Assembly (NCBI GenBank): GCA_015492305.1
Contig: WGFJ01000012.1
Coordinates: 1-44,274 of the forward strand
Reading direction: 5' to 3'
DNA length: 44,274 nucleotides
DNA from: Deltaproteobacteria bacterium
Lineage (GTDB): Bacteria > Desulfobacterota > GWC2-55-46 > S146-80
The notes under the pieces were generated by a model. The model was not told the origin of the DNA and did no database searches. It saw only the letters and a list, made by a program, of their open reading frames with translations. The position numbers and the translations under genes were made by a program. Below, piece by piece: positions 19,302 through 27,304 of this stretch; position 1 is the stretch's first letter; each line of letters begins with the position of its first letter.

Positions 19302-19460
19302 CTAAGCCTCTGCCTCCCTGGAGGCACCCTCTGCCTGGCCCTTCTTCTCCTTTGCCTTTGCAGCCCTTGCCCTCTTTATGGCCTCCCTTATCCTCGCCTT
19401 CAACCTCTTCTCCCTCCGTTTCCTCCTTCTCCTCAACTCCCTTTGCCTTTCCGTTGCCAT
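19302..19460 (-). CDS. 52-aa highly basic small protein (not in ORF track; DUF6800-like by recollection)
   Basis: Read directly: GGAGGTGA-ttcc-ATG, MATERQRELRRRRKRREKRLKARIREAIKRARAAKAKEKKGQAEGASREAEA*; fills the DUF190-M48 gap; host-like AGG/AAG codons. Confidence 0.75.
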   Translation of the reverse strand: MATERQRELRRRRKRREKRLKARIREAIKRARAAKAKEKKGQAEGASREAEA

Positions 19461-19464
19461 GGAA

Positions 19465-19806
19465 TCACCTCCTGCCATGCCTGTATTTTATTATCTTCAC
19501 CCTCTCAAGGGTGATGAGACCCTCCTCAACCACCTCATCAAGGAAGGGAAAGAGCCTGTTCAGCTTCTCCTCTGTATCCACTATCTCTATGACGATGGGT
19601 AGGTCCTCTGAGAGCCTCAGGAGCTTTGCCGTGTGGAGGTGACTGTGGGCCCCAAAGCCCATTATACCCCTCAGGACCGTTGCACCGGCAAGGCCAAGCT
19701 CCCTTGCCTTGAGCACTATCTGCTCGTAGAGGGCCTTGCCCTGAAACCTGTCGGACTCCCCTATGAATATCCTCAAAAGGAGCCCCTCCTCTGGTAACTT
19801 CATCAT
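19465..19806 (-). CDS. DUF190 family PII-like protein
   Basis: LLRIFIGESD, GLAGATVLRGIMGFG, LRLSEDLPIVIEIVD; usual crcB neighbour. Confidence 0.92.
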   Translation of the reverse strand: MMKLPEEGLLLRIFIGESDRFQGKALYEQIVLKARELGLAGATVLRGIMGFGAHSHLHTAKLLRLSEDLPIVIEIVDTEEKLNRLFPFLDEVVEEGLITLERVKIIKYRHGRR

Positions 19807-19812
19807 CCCCTC

Positions 19813-20205
19813 CTATCTGAAGATCCCTGTTATGTACCTGGAAAGGAGGAGGCCCGCAAAGACAGCCACAATACCCCCTCCATTGCTGAGGAGGAGATTT
19901 GTGAAGGCCATCCCCCATTCACCATCCCTGATGAGGTTTACCGTCTCAAGGCTGTAGGTGGAAAAGGTGGTGAAGCCACCGAAAAGGCCTATGAAGAGGA
20001 AGGACCTCACCTCCGGAGACAGGCCGGTCTCCTCAAAGAGCTCCCAGAGAAGGCCTATGAGGAAGGAGCCAAGGATGTTCACCCCCATCGTTCCCCAGGG
20101 AAAGACCCCCTCCGTAAGGCTGTAGAGGAAGCCCGAGAACCAGTACCTCAAGAGGGCCCCTACACCACCACCTGCAAGGATCATTAAGAGAGAGACCATC
20201 CTCAC
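19813..20205 (-). CDS. crcB: Fluoride channel Fluc/CrcB
   Basis: GGGVGALLRY, FPWGTxxVNILGSF, GLFGGFTTFSTY. Confidence 0.95.
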   Translation of the reverse strand: MRMVSLLMILAGGGVGALLRYWFSGFLYSLTEGVFPWGTMGVNILGSFLIGLLWELFEETGLSPEVRSFLFIGLFGGFTTFSTYSLETVNLIRDGEWGMAFTNLLLSNGGGIVAVFAGLLLSRYITGIFR

Positions 20206-21263
20206 CCCTTGAAGATGTCCTTAAGGGCCTCCAGGAGCAACCTGTTCTCATCCCTCCCCAGGATGGCCACCCTGAAGAACCTGTCCCCGAGGCCCCTGAA
20301 GGAGGAACAGTCCCTCACATAGATGCCCCTTGAAAGGAGCATCTCCTGCAGGCCCCTGGAATTTATACCCTCCCTCTCTATCCTTATCAAGAGGAAATTG
20401 GTATGAGAGGGGTAGGGCTGGAGACCCTCCACAGCCCTGATGGCCCTTATCATCCACCCCCTCTCCCCTTCAAGCCATGAAAGGGTCCTCTCCACAAAGC
20501 CCCTCTCCTTTAGGGCAAGGATGCCTGCCACCTGGGCAGGTCCATTCACGGACCATGGCGGAAGATGCCTGGAAAGGAGGTCTATGACCCCCTTCCCTGA
20601 GATCCCGTACCCGAGCCTCAGGCCCGGAAGGGAGAAGAACTTGGTCATGGACCTCAGGACGATCACCCTTTCCATCTCCACCGCCTTCCCCGCGAAGGAG
20701 CCCCCTCCGCAGAAGTCAATAAAGGCCTCATCCACCACAAGCCATGTCCCCAGTCTCTCGGTGACACGGGCTATCTCCATCACCCCATCTGCGGAGATGA
20801 ACTCCCCCCTTGGTGATGAGGGGTTTGCAAGGAAGACCATGTCATAACCCCTTGAAAGGACCCTGAGAAGGTCCCTCACAGGGAGGCAGAATCCCCCCTC
20901 CTCTCTGAGGGAGAAGTCCTCCACCCTTGAGCCAGAAAGGATGAGGGCATTCCTGTACTCGCTGAAGGAGGGCTCTATAACAAGGGCCCTTGATGGTCTC
21001 AGGGCATTGACAAGGAGGTATATGAGCTGGGTCGAGCCGTTTCCAACGATGATGTTCCCCTCCCCTACACCGAGATAAGAGGAGAGGGCCCCCTTCAAGG
21101 CTCCACAGAGGGGATCTGGATATGTGGCAATGGCATCCCTCATCCGGTCCCTCAGCCCTTCAAGGACCGGGGCAGGGGGACCAAGGGGGTTTATGTTTGC
21201 GCTGAAATCGATGACCCCTTCCATCCCTGGTGTAAGGCCCCCGTGGACCCTCACGATATCCAT
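20202..21263 (-). CDS. cobD: L-threonine-O-3-phosphate decarboxylase (PLP)
   Basis: HGG, DFSANINPLG, GNGS, DEAFIDF, RSMTKFFSLPGLRLGY; adjacent to cbiB. Confidence 0.92.
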   Translation of the reverse strand: MDIVRVHGGLTPGMEGVIDFSANINPLGPPAPVLEGLRDRMRDAIATYPDPLCGALKGALSSYLGVGEGNIIVGNGSTQLIYLLVNALRPSRALVIEPSFSEYRNALILSGSRVEDFSLREEGGFCLPVRDLLRVLSRGYDMVFLANPSSPRGEFISADGVMEIARVTERLGTWLVVDEAFIDFCGGGSFAGKAVEMERVIVLRSMTKFFSLPGLRLGYGISGKGVIDLLSRHLPPWSVNGPAQVAGILALKERGFVERTLSWLEGERGWMIRAIRAVEGLQPYPSHTNFLLIRIEREGINSRGLQEMLLSRGIYVRDCSSFRGLGDRFFRVAILGRDENRLLLEALKDIFKG

Positions 21264-22201
21264 GTGTAGCCCCCGAAAGGTATGGTAAAGAGGACGGAAA
21301 GGAGGGTGGCACCATGGACCACCTTGAGCAGGTCTTCAACCTTCCCCTCCGTTGGGGGTCCGAGGTCCTCCCCTATGGCCGGTTTCCTGTGGTACACGCC
21401 CCTGTAGTAGGCCCCTCCACCGAGCCTTACCCCAAGGACCCCTGAGGCCACCGCCTCCGGGAGACCCGCATTGGGGGAGGGGTGTTTCCTCCCCTCCCTG
21501 AGGAGGGTCACAAGTCCCCTCCTCCAGTCAAGGCCAAGGAGGAATGAGGAGAGGAGCATGAAGAGGGCCGTTATCCTTGCAGGGATGTAGTTCATCACAT
21601 CATCGGCCCTTGCAGAGGCCCAGCCAAAGTGGAGGTACCTCTCGTCCCTGTAACCCACCATGGAGTCAAGGGTACTCACGGCCTTGTAGGCCATGGCAAG
21701 GGGAGGCCCACCCAGAAGGAGATAGAAGAGGGGGGCGATCACACCGTCCGATGCATTCTCTGAAAGGGTCTCCACCGTTGCCCTGAGGACCCCTTCCCTG
21801 TCAAGGGGTGCCGTGTCCCTTCCAACGATCATGGAAAGCCTTGCCTTCGCCTCCCCCTCGGATCTCCCAAGGGCCTCCACCACACCTTCAACCTCCCTGT
21901 GGAGGGACCTTGCAGCGAGGGTGGTGTATGCCATGAGGACTGCAAGGAGCCACCTCACCCATCCATCAAGGGCCTCAAGGATCATCCAGGGTATGGAAAA
22001 GGAAAGGGCAGAAAGGGTGAGGAGGAGGAGGATCCCACCCGCCCTCTCCAGGAGGGGTGTCCTCAAACAGGGCCTTACCCACCTTTCAAAGGACTCTATG
22101 TACCTGCCCATCCACCTCACAGGATGGGGCAACCACCTGGGATCACCAAGGAGGAGGTCAAGGAGATACGCAGAGGGGATGATCAGGGCATCAGGGGCCA
22201 T
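21251..22201 (-). CDS. cbiB: Adenosylcobinamide-phosphate synthase CbiB
   Basis: GDPxxxPHPVRWMG, IVGRDT, ENASDGVIAPLF, TLDSMVGY, HPSPNAG; start 22201 or 22219. Confidence 0.94.
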   Translation of the reverse strand: MAPDALIIPSAYLLDLLLGDPRWLPHPVRWMGRYIESFERWVRPCLRTPLLERAGGILLLLTLSALSFSIPWMILEALDGWVRWLLAVLMAYTTLAARSLHREVEGVVEALGRSEGEAKARLSMIVGRDTAPLDREGVLRATVETLSENASDGVIAPLFYLLLGGPPLAMAYKAVSTLDSMVGYRDERYLHFGWASARADDVMNYIPARITALFMLLSSFLLGLDWRRGLVTLLREGRKHPSPNAGLPEAVASGVLGVRLGGGAYYRGVYHRKPAIGEDLGPPTEGKVEDLLKVVHGATLLSVLFTIPFGGYTWIS

Positions 22202-23702
22202 GGAACCTCTCGAGGGCAAGGGCCTTCACCTTCTGGAGATCCACCTTCCCGCTGCCAAGGAGGGGGATGGATTCGATGAAGTGGATCTCCTTCGGGATCC
22301 ACAGGGATGGCAGCCCCTTCTCCAGAAGCCCCTTCCTTATGGTGGGACCATCCATACCGGGATGGGTGTGGAAACAGACAAGCCTCTCCCTTCCATCCTC
22401 ATCAAAGAGGGAGACAACGACCGACTCCTTCCCTGTTACCCCCTTTACCGCCTCCTCGATCCTCAGATGGGGCACCATCTCACCGCCTATCTTGCTGAAC
22501 CTTGAGAGCCTGTCGGTGATGGTGAGGAAGCCCTCCTCATCGATGGAACCCACATCCCCTGTCACATACCAGCCATCCCTCAAGACCTCAGCCGTGGCCC
22601 CGGGATCATCAAGGTACCCGTCCATCATGGATGGCCCCTTGACAAGGACAAGCCCCTCCCTTCCAGGAGGAAGGGCCTCAAGGCTTTCAGGGTCCACAAC
22701 CTTCACCATGGTCCCGGGGATGGGAGGGCCCACGGTGCCCACCCTGTTTCTGCCAGGAAGGTTGACGGATACAACAGGTCCCATCTCCGTGCAGCCGTAG
22801 CCCTCCAGGATCTCCGCTCCAAACCTCTCCCTGAAGGCCCTGCAGGTGGACATCTTCAACTTCTCCCCACCAACGATGCAGAACCTGATGGAAGAGAGGT
22901 CCTCCTTCCTGCACTGTCTGAGGTAGATATCGCAGAAGGTTGGGGTCGCAAGGAGGAGGGAAGGCCTGTACCTTGAGACAGCCTCACCCACCCCCTTCCC
23001 GTCGAGCGGGTTCGGGTGATAGACGGCCCCTATACCCTTGAGGAGGGGGAACCAGAGGGTAACGGTGTAACCGAAGGAATGGAAGAAGGGAAGGACCCCC
23101 ATCACCTTCTCCCCCCTGCCAACAGGACACACCCTTTCAAGGGCATCAACATTGGAGGCTATGGCCCGGTGGGAGAGGACTATCCCCTTGGGCCTTCCCG
23201 TGCTCCCGCTGGAGAAGAGGATCGTGGCGGTCCTGTTGGGATCGGATCTGAAGAGGGAAAGGAGAAGGCCAGCAGGAAGGAGGGAAAGAAAGACACCCTT
23301 GAGCCTTTCCATGGGGGAGGGCCCCATATCCTCCAGGAAAAGGGCCCCCTCAAGGTGGAGGCCAGACCTCTCCACAAAGGCCCTTGATGTGATCACCCTG
23401 CCTATGGAGGCCCTCTCGATGGCACAGGTCAGGACCTCCCTTCCGATGGTGTAGTTGAGGTTTACAGGGACCTTTCCGGCCATGGGGAGGGCTATGTTGA
23501 GGATTGCACTCACCGTGGATGGTGGAAGGAGGATGCCTACCCTGTGGTCCTTACCGAACCTTCTCCTCATGGAGATGGCCATAACAAGGGAAGCAACAAG
23601 GGTCCTTCGGTATGTGAACTCCCTACCGGAGGAATCGGCCATGGCAAAGGCCCTTCCAGACCCCTTTGCAGTGCGGATGAACCTCAGATGGAGCCCCTCC
23701 AC
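22191..23702 (-). CDS. AMP-binding (ANL) enzyme resembling the C-terminal acyl-ACP synthetase domain of Aas
   Basis: FSSGSTGRPKG, LPFFHSFG, EGYGCTE, TGD, RFSKIGGEMV, GSGKVD; no PlsC or MFS domain. Confidence 0.85.
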   Translation of the reverse strand: MEGLHLRFIRTAKGSGRAFAMADSSGREFTYRRTLVASLVMAISMRRRFGKDHRVGILLPPSTVSAILNIALPMAGKVPVNLNYTIGREVLTCAIERASIGRVITSRAFVERSGLHLEGALFLEDMGPSPMERLKGVFLSLLPAGLLLSLFRSDPNRTATILFSSGSTGRPKGIVLSHRAIASNVDALERVCPVGRGEKVMGVLPFFHSFGYTVTLWFPLLKGIGAVYHPNPLDGKGVGEAVSRYRPSLLLATPTFCDIYLRQCRKEDLSSIRFCIVGGEKLKMSTCRAFRERFGAEILEGYGCTEMGPVVSVNLPGRNRVGTVGPPIPGTMVKVVDPESLEALPPGREGLVLVKGPSMMDGYLDDPGATAEVLRDGWYVTGDVGSIDEEGFLTITDRLSRFSKIGGEMVPHLRIEEAVKGVTGKESVVVSLFDEDGRERLVCFHTHPGMDGPTIRKGLLEKGLPSLWIPKEIHFIESIPLLGSGKVDLQKVKALALERFHGP

Positions 23703-23703
23703 C

Positions 23704-25182
23704 CTATAACCCCATGATCCTGTAGATCTCTTCCATCCTGAGGTGCCTCCTCACCTCCCTGCAGAGCCTCCCTATCCCTTCCTCAACCCTCTCCCTGTAG
23801 ACGCCCCTATCCCCCCCTCTGAGACCAGTCCCTGACCTGATGCGGTCAAGGAACCACCTCCTGAAGTGATCACCCTCAAAGAGGCCATGGATGTAAGTGC
23901 CCATGATGTTCCCCCTCTCGGAAAGGGCCCCCTCTGCAACGGCTGCTGACGATCCATCCCTCTCTATGAGAAAGAGGGGGGACTCCATGGATTCCGTCTC
24001 GCCCATGTGGATCTCGTAGCCCTCAACCGGGATGGCATGGTCCCCTGCAAGACGGCCCCTCACCCTGTGGAGCCTCTTCTCCCCCTTCATGGTTGTCCTC
24101 ACCCTGAGGAGCCCGAGGCCTCGAGCCCTCCCGGGTCTGCCCTCCACACCGGAGGGATCCTCTATCCACTCCCCGAGGATCTGGTATCCCCCGCATATGC
24201 CAAGTACAAGGCCTCCCCTTTCCGCAAACACCCTGAGAGGCCCTTCAAGGCCTTTCTTCCTGATGTAGGAAAGGTCAGACAGGGTGTTCTTCGTCCCGGG
24301 TATGATGATACAGTGAAAGGAGGGAAGGTCATCCGGGTCATCGACATAGGTGAGTCCCACATCTGGCTCCATCCTTAGGGGATCGAAGTCGGTGAAATTG
24401 GATATCCTTGGAAGCCTTATGACCCCTATCCTAAGCACCCCCTCCTCCCTCTTCACCTCATCGATGGCCACACCATCCTCCTCAGGGAGGTTGAGGTCCT
24501 TTATGTAGGGCACCACACCGAGGACAGGCCTTTCAAGCCTCTCCTCAAGGAACCTCACACCGGGCTCAAGGAGTGAGGTATCACCTCTGAACTTGTTTAT
24601 GACAAGTCCCTTTACAAGGCCCCTTTCCTCCGGACTCAGGAGCTCCATGGTGCCAAGGAGTGAGGCAAAGACCCCTCCCCTCTCTATGTCCCCCACAAGG
24701 AGGACCGGAGAGCCCACCTCAAGGGCAAGGCCCATGTTCACTATATCCCCATCCCTCAGGTTCACCTCTGCAGGGCTTCCCGCCCCCTCGATGAGGATCA
24801 CATCAAAGGCCCTCTCAAGCCTCCTGTAGCTCTCAAGGACATAGGACTTTGCCTCCCTCTTGAACCTGTGGTACTCAAGGGCGGTCATGTTTCCATGGAC
24901 CTTCCCATGGATGACCACCTGTGAGATGGAATCGTGGGAAGGTTTGAGCAGGATGGGGTTCATGTCAACGGTGGGCTCCACCCCTGCGCAGTAGGCCTGA
25001 AAGGCCTGGGCCCTGCCTATCTCCCCTCCCTCCCTGGTTACAAAGGAGTTCAGGGCCATGTTCTGGGCCTTGAAGGGGGCAACTGAAAACCCCTCCTCCC
25101 TCAGTATGCGGCAGAGGGCAGCCACAAGGAGGCTCTTTCCCACATGGGAGGAGGTCCCTTGAAGCATGAGGGAGGGAGCCAT
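23704..25182 (-). CDS. cobQ: Cobyric acid synthase (CbiP/CobQ)
   Basis: QGTSSHVGKS, PFKAQNMALNS, EGAGSPAEVNL, SNFTDFDPL, GICGGYQ, GYEIH, GTYIHG. Confidence 0.96.
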   Translation of the reverse strand: MAPSLMLQGTSSHVGKSLLVAALCRILREEGFSVAPFKAQNMALNSFVTREGGEIGRAQAFQAYCAGVEPTVDMNPILLKPSHDSISQVVIHGKVHGNMTALEYHRFKREAKSYVLESYRRLERAFDVILIEGAGSPAEVNLRDGDIVNMGLALEVGSPVLLVGDIERGGVFASLLGTMELLSPEERGLVKGLVINKFRGDTSLLEPGVRFLEERLERPVLGVVPYIKDLNLPEEDGVAIDEVKREEGVLRIGVIRLPRISNFTDFDPLRMEPDVGLTYVDDPDDLPSFHCIIIPGTKNTLSDLSYIRKKGLEGPLRVFAERGGLVLGICGGYQILGEWIEDPSGVEGRPGRARGLGLLRVRTTMKGEKRLHRVRGRLAGDHAIPVEGYEIHMGETESMESPLFLIERDGSSAAVAEGALSERGNIMGTYIHGLFEGDHFRRWFLDRIRSGTGLRGGDRGVYRERVEEGIGRLCREVRRHLRMEEIYRIMGL

Positions 25183-25183
25183 A

Positions 25184-25366
25184 TCAGGCCCCCTCTTTCT
25201 CCCCTCCCTGAGAGAGCTTGTCCTTTATGTTCTTCCTTATCCTCTCCGCTACATCCTTATGGAAGGCAAGTTCACCTATGATGGGACAGTAAAAGAGGAT
25301 GGCCGTCTCCTTCTCATCACCCTTGAAGGTGGTCCTCTCCCTCAGTATCTTTGCCGTGCACTCCAT
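25184..25366 (-). CDS. 60-aa hypothetical protein heading the cob operon
   Basis: CAGGAGGTG SD; MECTAKILRERTTFKGDEKETAILFYCPIIGELAFHKDVAERIRKNIKDKLSQGGEKEGA*; stop lies 1 nt before the cobQ ATG. Confidence 0.7.
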   Translation of the reverse strand: MECTAKILRERTTFKGDEKETAILFYCPIIGELAFHKDVAERIRKNIKDKLSQGGEKEGA

Positions 25367-25379
25367 TGCCATCACCTCC

Positions 25380-25398
25380 TGACAACCAAAGGTTGTAA
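25380..25398. promoter_or_regulatory. Palindromic operator-like site at the predicted transcription start
   Basis: tgACAACC-aaa-GGTTGTaa between the -10 box and the SD. Confidence 0.55.
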
Positions 25399-25400
25399 GA

Positions 25401-25429
25401 AAGATATTACGAAGAGCCCGGATTGTCAA
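25401..25429 (-). promoter_or_regulatory. Putative sigma70 promoter of the cob-crcB operon
   Basis: TTGACA-17 nt-TATCTT on the minus strand. Confidence 0.65.
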
Positions 25430-25508
25430 GATCGCTCGCCACCGATTGGTCTAAAGGTTTTCGGGGAAGGATCCGATATACTACCAAACCCCTGTCCCAT
25501 GGATCCCG

Positions 25509-26912
25509 ATGAAACTTGCCACCCTCCTGCAGGACCACAAAAGACCCCAGACCCTCCACAAGGTCTTGATAGTAGACGACGAACCAGGGGTAAGGGCCTC
25601 CCTTGCGGTGATCCTGGAAGAGGAAGGCATCGGCTTCTATGAGGCCCCGAGCGGTGCAAGGGCCGTAGAGATCTTCCAGGAGACAAGGCCTTCGGTGGTG
25701 CTCCTTGACCTTGTCATGCCGGGGATGGACGGGATGGAAACGATGGAAAGGCTCAAGGAGATCGATCCAGAGATCCCCATCATAATCATCACCGGCCACG
25801 GGGATGTCCCCACAGCGGTGGATGCCATAAAGCGGGGTGCCTATGAGTTCCTCCAGAAGCCCATAAACATCGAGGAGTTCAAGATCACCCTGAAGAGGGC
25901 CATAGAGAAACTGGAACTGGAAAGGGAGGTAAAGAGGCTCCATTCCCATGTGGAGACCTCCATAGAGGGGATGATGGGAAGGAGCGAGGCCATCAAGAAG
26001 GTGATAGAACAGATCCAGCGGATTGCATGGAGCGACCTCTCCGTCATGATCCAGGGCGAGACAGGGACAGGCAAGACCCTTGTTGCCAGCATCATCCACA
26101 ACCTCAGCAATCGATCAAGGGGCCCCTTTGTGAAGGTGGACATAGGGGCCATCCCGGAGACACTGGTCGAGAGCGAACTCTTCGGATACGAAAAGGGGGC
26201 CTTTACAGGGGCAGCAAAGAGGAAAAAGGGCCTCTTCGAGTCCGCCCATGGCGGCACCATCTTCATAGATGAACTGGAAAACATGTCCACCTATGTCCAG
26301 AGCAAGCTCCTCCATGTTGTGGAGGAGAAGAGGATCTATCCCCTTGGTGCGACCCGGCCGGTGGAGGTGGATGTAAGGATCATTGCAGCCACAAATGAGG
26401 ACATAAAAAGGAATGTGAAGGAGAAGCGCCTGAGGGAGGACCTCTTCTTCCGCCTCAGTGAGTTCATCATCACCCTCCCTCCCCTGAGGGAGAGGATTGA
26501 GGATATACCCTTCCTGGCCCAGAGGTTCCTCATGGAGGCAGGGGAGGAACTCAACAAGCAGGTGAGGGGCATATCGAAGGAGGCCATGGACCGTCTCATG
26601 AAATACCCATGGCCTGGCAATGTGAGGGAACTCAGGAACATAGTGAGGAAGGCGGTCCTCCTTGCCGATGGTGAGGTGATAAGACCGGAATCCATAGAGT
26701 TCCTCTTTGGAGACAGCCAGGATGATGTAATAGACTCCCCCCTCATGCCCCTCAAGGAACTATCCACCATAGCCGCCAAGAAGGCAGAGAAGCGCGCCAT
26801 AAAGAAGGCCCTGGAGATGACAAAGGGCAACAAGTCCAGGGCAGCGGCAATCCTCCAGATCGACTACAAGACACTCCTCACAAAGATAAAGGAGTTCGGA
26901 CTCCAGCCATAG
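25509..26912 (+). CDS. Sigma54-dependent activator, NtrC family (REC-AAA+-Fis HTH)
   Basis: LLDLVMP receiver, GETGTGKT, ELFGYEKGAFTGA, IFIDE, WPGNVREL, GNKSRAAAILQI. Confidence 0.95.
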   Translation: MKLATLLQDHKRPQTLHKVLIVDDEPGVRASLAVILEEEGIGFYEAPSGARAVEIFQETRPSVVLLDLVMPGMDGMETMERLKEIDPEIPIIIITGHGDVPTAVDAIKRGAYEFLQKPINIEEFKITLKRAIEKLELEREVKRLHSHVETSIEGMMGRSEAIKKVIEQIQRIAWSDLSVMIQGETGTGKTLVASIIHNLSNRSRGPFVKVDIGAIPETLVESELFGYEKGAFTGAAKRKKGLFESAHGGTIFIDELENMSTYVQSKLLHVVEEKRIYPLGATRPVEVDVRIIAATNEDIKRNVKEKRLREDLFFRLSEFIITLPPLRERIEDIPFLAQRFLMEAGEELNKQVRGISKEAMDRLMKYPWPGNVRELRNIVRKAVLLADGEVIRPESIEFLFGDSQDDVIDSPLMPLKELSTIAAKKAEKRAIKKALEMTKGNKSRAAAILQIDYKTLLTKIKEFGLQP

Positions 26913-26953
26913 CTATGGAAATCGTTCCATAGGTTATGGAATCCCTTCCATAA
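26913..26953. promoter_or_regulatory. Tandem palindromes TATGGAA-N4-TTCCATA; probable upstream activator sequences
   Basis: ctatggaa-atcg-ttccatag (26913-26932) and ttatggaa-tccc-ttccataa (26934-26953); centres 21 bp apart, upstream of the sigma54 site. Confidence 0.75.
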
Positions 26954-27003
26954 TCCCCTCCACACCCCCTCCCTCAAGATGACGATACAACAGGATCTTC
27001 ATC

Positions 27004-27021
27004 TTGGCACCTTCCTTGCAT
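27004..27021 (+). promoter_or_regulatory. Sigma54 (-24/-12) promoter of the chemosensory operon
   Basis: TTGGCAC-cttcc-TTGCAT with GG-N10-GC spacing; GGAGGT SD and ATG 27062 downstream. Confidence 0.88.
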
Positions 27022-27061
27022 AAGAGCCGTTGGGATCTATGAGGCAACAGGGAGGTAAGGG

Positions 27062-27304
27062 ATGAAGATAGGTAAGGAACTGACCATCTATCGAGTGGGA
27101 GAGATCTGCAGAGTCCTTAGAGAGGAGCTGAGGGATTATGAGACAGTGGTGGTCGATGCAACGGAGGTGGAAGAGATAGACACGGCAGGGACCCAGCTCC
27201 TCCTTGCCCTCAAGAAGGCATGTTGCACCCGGAGGAAAGGACTGGATCTCAGGCTCTCCGAGAGGGTAAAGGGGTTCCTCTCCTCCATCGGGGTTGAGCT
27301 ATGA
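27062..27304 (+). CDS. STAS domain protein
   Basis: ELTIY...[21 protein letters not shown]. Confidence 0.85.
   Translation: MKIGKELTIYRVGEICRVLREELRDYETVVVDATEVEEIDTAGTQLLLALKKACCTRRKGLDLRLSERVKGFLSSIGVEL

Noticed and set aside
19330-19460. Pyrimidine-rich low-complexity tract and plus-strand ORFs 19203-19642
   Set aside because: Explained by the Arg/Lys/Glu codons of the minus-strand 52-aa gene
25367-25508. Cobalamin riboswitch upstream of cobQ
   Set aside because: The region is short, occupied by promoter elements, and shows no recognisable B12 box
26913-26953. Tandem hairpins as an intrinsic terminator or mini-CRISPR
   Set aside because: AT-rich stems without a U-tract, only two units, no spacers or cas genes; spacing fits activator sites better, though a dual role is not excluded
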